From positions 107,632,001 through 107,696,000 of the forward strand of contig NC_092344.1 of assembly GCF_963676685.1 (NCBI RefSeq): a DNA stretch of 64,000 nucleotides, read 5' to 3'. A program made the position numbers and the translations under genes. Origin of the DNA: Mytilus edulis (taxonomy: Eukaryota). Below are positions 36,593-48,740 of this stretch, piece by piece (positions within the stretch are counted from its first letter, which is position 1; each line of letters begins with the position of its first letter). The notes beneath the pieces were generated by a model. The model searched no databases. It worked only from the letters and a program-made list of their open reading frames with translations, and was not told where the DNA came from.

Positions 36593-36817
36593 TTATTCTT
36601 AAGCTAATAAATTTCAAGCTTTTTTTGCTAATGAGGCCATTTGTGTTCTGACACATCTAGTTTGTCCTTTTATAATTGTATCAACTTATTGTCTCTATAA
36701 CTATGTCATTAGTTGATGAGAATAAAATTCATTCAGTTTTTATATATCCTCTAATCAGTAAGTGGGTTAAACTGAGGCCTCTTCATTATCAACAAATTAT
36801 GGAACTGTGAAGTTAGT

Positions 36818-37230
36818 TTTTTTATGCCCCACCTACGATAGTAGAGGGGCATTATGTTTTTTGGTCTGTGCGTCTGTTCGTTCGTTCCTCCGTCCGTCCG
36901 TTCGTTCGTCCGTCTGTCCCGCTTCAGGTTAAAGTTTTTGGTCAAGGTAGTTTTTGATGAAGTTGAAGTCCAATGGACTTCAAACTTAGTATACATGTTC
37001 CCTATGATATGATCTTTTTAATTTTAATGCCAAATTAGAGGGTTTACCCCAATTTCACGGTCCACTGAACATAGAAAATGATAGTGAGAGTGGGGCATTC
37101 GTGTACTGGGGACACAGTGGCGGATCCAGGGGGGGGGGGGGGGGGGGGGGGGGTTCGGGGGGTGAGCACCCCCCCTTTATTTTTGCCGATCAATGCATTT
37201 GTATTGGGACATATGTTTTGCACCCCCTGC

Positions 37231-37278
<48 letters not shown>

Positions 37279-37343
37279 TTTGCCCTGGGTTAGCACCCCC
37301 CCTTTCGAAAATTCCTGCATCCGCCCCTGGGACACATTCTTGT
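36818..37343 (+). mobile_element. HINE-like element copy interrupted near its 3' end by a MITE
   Basis: Near-identical to 36313-36592 except for the 37115-37329 insertion. Confidence 0.75.
37115..37329. mobile_element. Poly-G/poly-C MITE with 5-bp TSD GGACA
   Basis: CAGTGGCGGATCCAG ... CTGCATCCGCCCCTG; the empty site is visible in the sister copy at 36571-36592. Confidence 0.85.
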
Positions 37344-38640
37344 TTTAAAATCTTTTGCTTGTATTTATGCAATAAATGTGCGACAGTCAACATTTAACTT
37401 TTATACTCAAGGCTAAATAGAATTTTGACAACATGCATAGTTTGCCTTTTATCATGAAAACTGAGACTACTACAAAACATGTGTTATAGTAGTCTCAGCT
37501 GAAAATCTAGTTGGTGCACTGTCAATGATTGAAATCAAATAGGCTAAGACATAAAAAGTTGACCAGTCTGTTATAAACCATCTTGGGTGATGGAACGTTA
37601 TGCAGGACTGAGGTATTATTTACTGCCACACATATCCAGTCATTATATGTATAGCTCATTCTGAGACTACTATAACATAAACTTATATTAGTCTCAGGTT
37701 CATTGTAACTCTGACAATGCAGGCACTAACAATGGAAACAATAGTTTACAATATTTAAAATTATGACATTCAGAAATTCCAAAATGTTTATATTAAGCAT
37801 CTGCCTGGGTGACTGGCTGTCACAATGTCTCTAGTTAAAATACAGGTTTGGTATTAACATAACAATAAAACTTATAGGTGGCTGACAGTTATTTGAAACA
37901 TTTTGAATTGGTACAAGAGATTCTTCTTGAACACTGTATATCGGGAAAGCAGTTCCCCTCTCCACCCAAAACAAAGTCATAGTGAAAAACCACAGACAAT
38001 ACAAAGCAAAGGCAAATGTCTGATAACTTAAGAAAAAGGCAGATTCTTGACTTTATTTTTATTTAAATTTGTGAAATATGACAGCAACTTGTTCTTTGCC
38101 TTGAGGTCGAATAAATTGTCAAACTGTATTTGAAATGTGAATGAAAAATTTGGATGGTAGACTTTTCAGGTATATCTACACTCTGCTGCTACTGATAATT
38201 TATTTCCTTTATTCTAGACTATATGTAGATTATACAACCATTTATTTAATGCGCCTGACTTTTATAATAATGAGCTTTCTATTTTAGAATAGATTCGTTA
38301 CTAGTTTGATGCTTGATACAAAATCATCACAGTTCTAAAGGTGCACATTTTTGTGCATCCCTGATGAGAACAGCGCCACCACATCCATCTGACGTGCAGC
38401 TATTTTGTCTAGATATATAGGTGTTAGTTCCATTGACATCTTGTATATCTGACAAATGCAGTTATCTGCTAGTAACTTGTGTTCTCTAAGACAGGCAATG
38501 ACTGCTTAAGGGTCTTTGTTAAAAAGGATCTTGGGTGCTAAGTGTGTGAAGAAGTTAACCATGGTTAAAAAAAACTAAAAAGATAAATCTCAGGGGTATT
38601 AATTTTTGGACGTCTAGCATGGGTTTATTCGATAAATTAA

Positions 38641-39324
38641 AGGGACACTAGCTACGAGATATAAAAAAAATCTAAAGTTTGATTTTTTTCTGTTCAATCC
38701 ATAATGAAAGTGAAATAGTGAAATAACAATTCGCTTTTTGCAGCCAAAAAGGTTCAATTTTGTCAAATTACGCTAAGAAACATTGATAATTAGTTATTCA
38801 CTTGCAAGTGAATGAGTCGACCTCTTTAAATCCGTTTTCAAGTGAACTTCAATTTAACCCCTAGCTAGAAATTGACAATGCATACATTGTACGTGTACTG
38901 GTTATTTAAAGAAAAAGAATGTCAACAATGAAAGTGAAACGACGGTAAATCATTTCATTACTAATTCGATGCACATAAAATCATTCTTATACGGTTAAAA
39001 ACAATGAGAAACATCAATTTTTAATCTATAAAATAAAATCAAACAGACCTATAAAAATCCAATTGCACGTGTTGGTTTAATCTATTCATATCTTTATTTA
39101 TGTTTACGTCGCTTATATGGTCATCTGAGGTCAAATCGATAGTTAATTAGATGGCGTCTAGACTAATATACACACGAAACGAACCTATATATTATCTATC
39201 CCATGCTCTGTTAACTGTTTATTTTAGACTTTTGATAGTTTGGATAAATGTTATAAATTGTTATAAATCAAATATGAGAATTTGAGTCAAATCGGTGACC
39301 ATGAATTTGACAGCTAGTGCCCCT
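38641..39324. mobile_element. MITE with TTAA-type target (Kolobok-like)
   Basis: ttaa|AGGGACACTAGCT ... AGCTAGTGCCCCT|ttag. Confidence 0.75.
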
Positions 39325-40613
39325 TTAGATGAAGAAAAAAAATCTACTGAATCTGAATACTAGTATAGGAGGATGGAAGTATATTGTTGATGTTTCCCTG
39401 TTACCTACATTCTCGAGTGACCTTTTCTCACAAAAAAGGAAGTTATAAGACAAGAATGAGTTGATGTCTGGGTGGATATTTAATTCAATTTCGATATAAA
39501 TGAAACTCAAATTATTGCATCATTATTATAGAAATGAATATTAAAGTTATCAGGAAGATGTATTGGTTGACAAATATAACTTTCACGTGACATGTGGAAA
39601 TTTCCATTATTTAGACAGAGGTAACCGGGTTAACCAAAAGGACACTGGAATAAATTTAAAAAAAAAAGGTAAGCATTTTAACGCTAAAACTAAGAAATTA
39701 TGAAATATGAACGAAAGAAAAATATCAAAATTCGTTCTTTTCAATACAACATCGATTTGTTTTCCGTATGGTACATTAATTCCATAATAAAATATAACAA
39801 TAATAAATACAGTAGTTAGTATCCTAGTGTGAAGGAAAGAAAAGATTGACCAAATTAGTATGTTTTGTCTTAAAAAAAGAGACTGAAACAGACATTATAT
39901 ATGAAATATGTACTTAATCAGTAGCAAGCTAAAATTTAATATATGAGTATTAAAATTTAGGTCAGATAATGTATGTGAGGATTTTCGTTTTCAAGGGAAA
40001 ACTGAGTAAAACTTGTCAGTGATACCTTTAATTTTGTTTAACGCACACGTATATATTAATAATTGACATAATTCAACCCTTGAATGATTTTAAAAATCAA
40101 TAAACAACATATGACGTACATAGTGTCAAACAATTGGTATACTTCTCATATTACGGAAAAAGAATTTCGTCATGTGACTTGCAATTTATAAATATGTGTC
40201 TAAACTGAAAAAAGACATATTAAACAGCTATTTCTGTAGTTTCATATGTTATGAGAAACGCCTGCTCATAAAACTTTTGATTATGATTTGTATCGTGCTA
40301 GCACTTAGAAACCAACCGATCAAAACACTGTATTTTGTGTTTCAATCACAAATTTTGTTCTGCAAGTACTGAGTAAAAGTTTAATGACCGAGAGCCCTGC
40401 ATGTTATCGGCTGTAGACCCTACAGTTTGTCCACTAATAAATAACGTAATCCGTGTATGGCATATACATTCATTATGCTTATCAAGTCAGTAGCTTACCG
40501 CGTTAAAACAGTTGTAATGGAAAGAGCCTTATGTAATGACAACTTCTCTTTATGTTGCCTTGTGAAGGCATTGTTTTAAATACTCAATATTTTGTATTAT
40601 ATTTCATAGGTCA

Positions 40614-43600
40614 ATGAATAATTCCCCCGATTCCGGTCAGGATAGGGAGGAAAGTTCGCATAGAACGGATGCATCTAGTATCTATATTGGAAACACAGAG
40701 CGTACATCAATTGCAGATCTGGAACATCTGTGTGCCATAGCCAATACATTCCGGGAAGAAAAATATGATTTGGAAAATAAGAACGATGAACTGCAGCAAC
40801 AAACATTGACGTTACAACGCGAAAATAACGGTAAATGTGTATATATAATGATGGTAAAGATATTTCTAATCAAGAGTAAGAATAATCTAGGTATAGACTA
40901 ACGTATTTTGAAGAATGCCAGAAGACACCCATGCCAAAAGACAAAAACACCAATACTCAGAACTCAGAACTAAATATAAAGTGTAGCAGAGATGACTCTC
41001 CATTGGTGAATATATTAAAAAAGATGATAACACAGCCATGAACTATTAAATCTCTTTTATTGATAGATGCATGGTGTTGTGTAATATTTTTTTATATATC
41101 AAAAATCATTATTTTGAAATGTTGGGGTTCGTGTTGCTTAGTCTTTAGGTTTCTTTGTTGTGTCTTCTGTACTATTATTGTCTGCTTGTCTTTTTTATTT
41201 TTTAGTCAGTATTTTCTATCAATGAGTTTGACTGTCCCTCTTTTATAGAAAAAAACATGTCAATAATTTTATAAGATTAAAACGAAGTTACATTACTTAT
41301 CTTGGTTTTGAGCACGATCGTTTAGGCTTTGTAGTTTGAAGAACACCAATTCGAGCAGAATGCTTAGAACTGTATATTTTAAATATATAAGCTACCCTTT
41401 TCTCCAGTACTCTTAAAATAACCTTTTAGAAATAGAGAAAAGTTAGCCAACTTGATTTGAATATTCCAAGCAAAAGTAGGTTTGCTTTGCACTTTTTTTT
41501 AATCTCTTCTATCCTCAAGGTGATTTCAATCTTCTTTGTTTAACTTAATATTTATATGTATTATCTTAGATGAAAGAACGGTTAATGCTTTTAATATACC
41601 TATACATGTAATTTTTTCTTGAGTGTGTTCAAAATATTTAAATGTATCATTGTAGACGCAAGAAGAAAAATTAGAGAATTAGAGGATGTTGTTGAAACAG
41701 AGGTAATGTTTTTTGTTTCTAAATGAAAACAAAAAATTATAACTTGCATGTGTCCGAAGCGTTTTTCTAGATTCACATTCATCATGAACGCTCAAAGGCG
41801 AATATTTAAAAGCCAAGGACGTAGAAGTACCGACAAAGTGGCGTTCAGATACTATGATAATAATTCACCATAGAAGAACAGGCTAATAAATGCCTTACTG
41901 GACTTAATAAGTATTTTATTCATGTCTTTGCAATAATCTAAGACGAATTTGGTTGCGCGTTTTGGGTCCTACATGCTCCCAACTGGTAAATGAATTTTGC
42001 TCTTTTAAGTTCAGAAATTGGTTATCCTGACTCCTGACGAAGGTTTCAAATAAGGCTCTTCCCTTATTGAATCGATGTCTAAGCAAACTGATAAATTTAA
42101 AATAAATCTTACTCTATTAACTGCAATTTCCTCAAGTTGAACACTCAGTAAGAAAACATATTATATTATAATTGTTTGTAAATTGACAAAAGATCATAAA
42201 ACATACTGGTGTTTCAACTGCCAACACAAACACAAACACTCAATAGGTATTAAAAATAACAATTAATGCTTTCAGATTTTCTTGATTATTTTAAAACATG
42301 TTCAACTATTTCTTATGTTATGCATTAAGCATATTAGGGACCATTTAGGCATTTCTCACAACTATTAAACTTATATCTGAAGTACACTTCGAAATTCTAG
42401 TTATTTCTTAAGATTCATCATAACAAATGGACAAATATGGCCGTATTTTCACCTCAAAAACTACTCGGTGTCCAGACTTACCTGTGCTGTTTGGAAAGTT
42501 TTAATGCCTAGCACCCACTAGATATATAAAAGTTAAATTCATTTTATGTTAAAGAAAGATAAAATCTTTTTTGGTTTTTGCTGGGCATTTTTTTTCCTTT
42601 CTGCAGAAGGTGTAAAAATAAACAAACACCTGAATTACTTTGATACTGTCCACTCACTGACTCAGATGAACTCTTTAACTCACCTGTAGTTGTGAAGATA
42701 CCTCTTGTCCATGTCAATTAAGGACAATCAAAACAATACAAACCGGTTTTTTTTACCTGAGGGAGCATCTCATAGTTGTACCACAACTTAGTTAATTTTC
42801 AGACCTTTTGCATGAAGGAAAAAAAATGCCCATCAAAATCCAAAAGAGATTTTATCTTTCTGAAACACAAAATGCATTTAACTTTATTATATCTAGTGGA
42901 TGTCAGGCATTAAAAGTTTTCCAACTTCACAGGTAAGTCTGTACTCAGAGTAATTTTGGGCATGTAAATACAGCCATATTTGTTCGTTTGTTATGATGAA
43001 CCTTAATAAGCTAGACATAAACTATGGATTCATTTATTTTCGTGGGAACCAATTTTCGTGGATTAGGGAAAACTTGCATGTTCGTGGACACTTAATTTCG
43101 TGGTTTTGCCGAAGTCCTTATACAACCCTTTAGAAAAAATGTCATTCGTTGAAAACATTTAATTTTGTGGTTTGCCAATACCCACGAACTCCACGAAAAT
43201 TGTTATCCAACGAACAGTAATGAATCAAAAGATATTTTATATGAATGTCGCATCCAAAATTTATACATCTAGGTGTGTTTTAATCTATATAGATACGATC
43301 GATGTAAATTGATTGTTCATTTCTTTAAAATTTTTCTTACAAGTTGTCAATGTAACATTGTAGTAAGATCTTTTAACATTGTTTTTATTGGTATATATAT
43401 ATATATTTACATGTATAATATACCTATTTACACTTAATGTCCTACCTCCTATCGAGACTTGTGTTTTGTCATAGCAAAAGATCATTTTTTTTATCATACT
43501 ACTTAATTCGTCTTCATACTATCCATTGGAGGTGTACGGATTTATACTTATACTTAAGTCGGGAGGAAATTATTTAACACTTTTTGGAAACAAACTGCGA

Positions 43601-45915
43601 ACTCTCTAAAACGACATATTTCTTCTTTTGTGGATATACATGTATCTTGTGTTTGAATTATTGAATTTATCAATTTCATGTTTTATTTGACGACAAATAG
43701 CACATTATTGTTTTCTCGTTTGAATTGTTTTACACTTTTCACTTTCTTTTTATAAAGCAGACTACACGGTATGAGTTTGCTCATTGTTGAAGCAAGATAA
43801 AGACCTATAGTCACTCACAACCACGTTATTTGAATTCGTTTATAGTTGTTTCATTGGCAATCATACCACAATACTTATTTTTTCATAGATATCATCACTT
43901 TATCTATGTCATATTTTGCAGAGGGAGAGATACGAACAAGACATGAGAGAACTGCAGAGTCAATGTGACGAAAGAACCAACGATATGTACGATACTTTAC
44001 ATAAGCAAAGACTACAGGTATTCTATTTTTTAGAATTAAAATTGGATGCAATTGCTTTACAAACGTTGCATATATTTATACATTTATGTAAATTGAACGT
44101 TTCAAATTTATGTAAATTTCACGTTCAAATTAGACAAAAGTTGAGTTTCTTTCTGTGTTTTGCATTTCCTTGCTGATATATTTTTGTTAGCATAAGATCT
44201 AGAAAAATAATTCGATTTTTTTTTGAAATTTGTGCGAGTTGTCTCTTATGCTAACCTGACGGTTTATTTATTTTTATTTTATTTGGCATCAACCAAATTG
44301 AAAAAAACCCAGACTCGGCACACTAGTAGTCAGAAGTTCTGTAAATATATGAACTGTGATTTACATGTTCATATGTATAATTTAACTGATTACAAAACTT
44401 TGAATTGTCCGAAATACTTTTCTACCCCATAAATAGATAACCTTAACTGTACATGTATTTGGAAAATTCTTTCGAAATTAGGGAGTACAAAATTACAAGA
44501 CTGGCATGTTTTATGAGTTAATAAATGAGACATGTTTGTTTGCGCTAAAGCCTCTTCTAACTCAGGAAATGAGTTTAACAAATCAACATAAGAACAAACG
44601 GAATCTAAGGATTTGTAAAGACTATAGTACTATACAAATCCTTGCTATAACTAAGTCTGAAACGGTCTGATTAATCAAACAAACACACATAACAAACAGA
44701 CACAAGAAACCAAGTAATGATTATAGGTTACTCGCGCAATTATTGAACGAAAGTGTAAAGTTCAATTTAAACAATTATAATTAAATCATATTTTCCCAAA
44801 CATGTATACCAATCAGTTTACTTCCATCAAATGTCGACTGTTGTTGACCTTGCGGACTAGCACGTTAAGGATGTTTGTCGAATTGGTCTTGTACAAGATA
44901 GAGTTCAAATTCGTATTTCATGTATTGGTTCTATGCATGTAAGCATCATCATAAGTACCAGCAACGGAATTTAGTGAAAAGACAATAAAACAGGTAGAAA
45001 AAAAAACAAGAACCACTGCTATGTCACAATATCAGTAATTAGAGGAAGAAGGACGCTACGTGTTACCAACTGTAAAGCAATAGATGTTTAGAACATTACT
45101 TTAAAAAAAAAGAATGATTGAACCGATAATGACACTATTCAAAGACCTTACAGAAGTTATATACACAATGTATGTATATATAAATAAAGAAGATGTGGTA
45201 TGGTTGCCAAGAGACCCAATGACACAGAAATTAGCAACTATAGGTCACCATACGACCTTCAACAATGGGCAATGCCCGTCCTGCATAGTCAGCTATAAAA
45301 GGCCCCTAAATGAAAAACTGTAAAACAATTCAAACGAGAAAACGTACGGCCTAATTTATGTACAAAAATTAACGAGAAGCAAATATGTAACACATCAACA
45401 AACGAAAACCACTGAATTACAGGCTTCTGACTTGGGACAGGCACATATATACAGAATGTGGCGGGGTTAAATATGTAAGCCGGATTCTAACCCTCCCCTA
45501 ACCTGGGACAAAAGTGTAACAGTACAACATAAGTACGAACTATAAAAATCAGTTGAAATAAAATGTTTATATTTTATTATTACAGATAGAACAAAAAGAT
45601 GAACTAGTACGATCTATGACAAAAGAAATGACCAATATGAAAACAAGACTCATGACTTACGAAAATGATCAGATAAGAGATATCCGACCAAGACAGTCAA
45701 AGCGATTCAAAAGAAGCATGATAACAGAATGTAAACACTGCCACACCGCAATTACAGATGGGAACGAGGAGTGCTGTTTTCACCCTGAAAAACCGGTCCG
45801 GGCGGTAAACTACAGCAAAACAAACCCGGTAATGCTTTGGAAGTGTTGTTACCAGGTAGCCAAAAAAGAACCTTTTGGGTGTACAAGTCATGCCAACCAT
45901 GAACCAGTTGAATGA
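40614..45915 (+). CDS. Uncharacterised coiled-coil protein with C-terminal CHORD/Btk-like Cys-His zinc finger (~229 aa)
   Basis: Exons 40614-40830, 41656-41702, 43922-44017 and 45586-45915, GT-AG and phase-consistent (690 nt). Heptad-like E/Q/L/R-rich middle; C-terminus CKHC-x10-CFHP-x16-WKCC-x9-GC-x5-H. Confidence 0.8.
42412..43002. mobile_element. Foldback MITE with ~200-bp imperfect TIRs and TTAA flanks
   Basis: ttaa|GATTCATCATAACAAATGGACAAATATGGC ... GCCATATTTGTTCGTTTGTTATGATGAACC|ttaa. Confidence 0.85.
43020..43230. mobile_element. Short palindromic MITE
   Basis: GGATTCATTTATTTTCGTGGGAACCAATTTTCGTGGA ... TCCACGAAAATTGTTATCCAACGAACAGTAATGAATC. Confidence 0.6.
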
Positions 45916-46844
45916 ATTCGTAAACCATTCAGGTTTTCCTGAGTTATTTTTGCCCAATTAATGTAAAATTCTGTCAGCTTTTGATGAGAGATTGTCTTGT
46001 GGAAAAAATACTTTCTTAATATGCATATTATTGTTTTTGTCAATATATGTGAAACTCTAATCGCAAAAGGATATTAATTTCATCAAAGTTAGGCTTAGAA
46101 TGTTTAGGGGAGATTTTTTGGTATTATCTAATGCACATGTACTGTAATTAGACAACTGACATCATATTTTCATTGTATCAAAAAGTAAAATCACAAAAAT
46201 ACTGAATTCCAAGGAATATTCCAAACGGAAAGTTCCTAATCTAAAGGAAAAATACATATAGACAAAGCACATTAGGAAATATGAAAGACACGAATACAAA
46301 AAATTACCATAACACAATGACGGAATCAAAAAGTACAGAGCCATGTCAAATAGATTTCACCAAGAACAGACAAAACTGTAAAAGTAAAGCCTTTACAACC
46401 CAAAGATTCTTAGTTAAATGTGTATCTAACTTTTTGGCTAAATACATTTACATCATAAGTCAGCTTATTTTTATTTGTGGATATGTTAATGGGAGAATCT
46501 TTTTCTCTAACATTTGGCATATACCTTCGACCATATTTGCATGATGTTTTAGTGGCCAGGTAAACCATATCTAAATGAAAAATTAAACCAAAACAAATCT
46601 TCACATTTATTTTCAAGTGTGTATGTGACCGGTTTGAAATTGTCTTTTTCTTAGGTTTCAGAGTTTATTGACCTTGAACATAATTCGAATAAATTAGCAA
46701 ACGAGCTATTTTAATTTGTTAACTCTTGCAATTTGTTTAGCACTCTCCTTACAAACTACACTTAACATCGACCTAGTAAAAGCTCAATGCATTATTTTAC
46801 GTGTAAATAATTAAGAGGTCATCTTGAGTAAATATATTTCACTT

Positions 46845-47075
46845 CACCGTTGTCAATATAACGGAATTTGATGCGACTGTAATACGAATGAGAGGTTCAA
46901 CTAGCTATAAAAACCAGCTTTAATCCACCATTGTCTATGTGAGTACCAAGTCAGGAATATGACAGCTGTTATCTATTTGGTTGATGTGTTTGAGCTTTTA
47001 ATTTTGCTATTTTATTAGGAACTTTCCGTTTTGAATTTTCCTCGGAGTTCAGTATTTTTTGTGATTTCACTTTTC
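46845..47075. repeat. Interspersed repeat family (also ~46180-46250, ~54000-54060, ~54945-55045, ~61920-62052)
   Basis: Shared motif ACTTTCCG.TTTGAATTTTCCTCGGAGTTCAGTATTTTTGTGATTTTACTTTT in both orientations. Confidence 0.6.
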
Positions 47076-47855
47076 ACTACAACGCATCAAAACTTGTTTT
47101 AGAGTGTAAAAATGAATGATGCTCGAAGATAATTGTTAGAGTAAATGTTCAATATTGATTCTTTAAAATCTAGACATAATACATTACAAATACTCTTTTT
47201 ATCACAGAACAACCATCATTCATATGATTATGAAGGTTGTTATTTTTAACCTTTATTTAGTTAATAGAAATGCCTTATAAAGATTTGTTCAGAAATCTAC
47301 AAAGTTATTTTTTTGATAATATGTATCTTTTGGAATTTAAACTACTTCTTAAAGAACGCAAGTTTTCTTTATTATAATTCTTTCGTTTTAGAAAGCAGAG
47401 GTTTTGATATATCTGGACTATTGTATATATATATTTAATCCACATATAAATCATTATACCCCTTTGAATTTTATTTAGACAAAAAGAAGACATTATGATA
47501 AATTAACATTAAACAAATCCTTATTACAAACCAAGTAAACCAAAAACTAACTTGACTCAGATAATCCCAAATCGCCCAGCTGCATACTCTAGAATGTGGC
47601 GTATATTTTCTTCACAGAAACATCATAGAAATTCACTGCCTTGACATATAATATATTTGTGGAAATATGTATGTATTTGATTATGCAATAAACTTGTTAA
47701 TGATACACACGACAGGACAATGTACTCTGTTTATATATATGTATACACTGTATATAAAACGATCTTTTTTCATTTGATTGTGTTTGTTGTTAAAATAAAT
47801 TTTTACACATTTTATAGATTGGTTCATGTTGTGTGAATACTCAGGCAAATTGGAA

Positions 47856-48025
47856 TAGATTACCGTAGCCTTATTTGGCACAACTTTTTGGAATTTTGGG
47901 TCCTCAATGCTTTTCTGCATTGTACTTTTGTCTTTATAACTATTATGATCTGAACGTCACTGATGAGTCTATTATAGACGGAAAGCGCGTCTGGCGTATT
48001 AAATCATAATCCTGGTACCTTTGAT
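47856..48025 (+). repeat. Partial, decayed retrozyme-like monomer with mutated hammerhead
   Basis: ACGTCA-CTGATGA-GTCTATTATAGAC-GGAA-AGCGCG-TC-TGGCGT followed by ATAATCCTGGTACCTTTGAT, homologous to 58397-59142. Confidence 0.75.
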
Positions 48026-48740
48026 TAATAACCATATTCGATAAGTTCATATGTATAAGATACCTTTAATCTTAAAAATTATTTTACTTATTTGTATTTT
48101 GTGGCAAACCTAGTACCATCACAGTAATTTCTTATATACGTCTCTGGTGCCGTCATATGAAATAGCATTTCATAGAACCAAATAGCTTGTTTTCGAATCT
48201 TATATCCAACTTCAATAATTGCACAATTGAAAGATTTTTTTTTACGTTTTCATTCTTGAAAGAACAATTGCGAATAAAAAGTTCAAACTGTAATTAATTT
48301 ATCGTCGACGTATGAGACTACATATACATTGTACTTTTATATAATATATCTGTAGAAGTATCTAGAAAAAGATTGATTTCTGATATATTAGTACATTTGA
48401 AGTGTAAAACAATAATTAAGGATACCAATTATATCGATATCAAATGTAACCAGGGTCGGTAATTGAATATTATGTGCAAATTAATGGAATACAGAATGGA
48501 AACAACAACTTATATGACATACATTTCCTTTAGTTTTTGAATTGAGTACAGACATTTTAACTTTAATGTCTGTTGACATGCTATAATAAAAAAGTAAATA
48601 TAAAGATGATGGAATTTTTAAATAGAACATCTTCATCTAAAATATATGCATCCCACATTCATTCGGTGCTTATTATATCGTGTTCAAAACATGGATTTGC
48701 ACTACCCGAATTGACTGTTTAAATGTTAGAGGAATACAAA

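Noticed and set aside
37044-37397. Poly-Pro/poly-Gly ORFs
   Set aside because: They arise from G/C homopolymers inside a MITE.
42025-42065. CTGACGA possible hammerhead core
   Set aside because: No GAAA or stem I/III partner follows.
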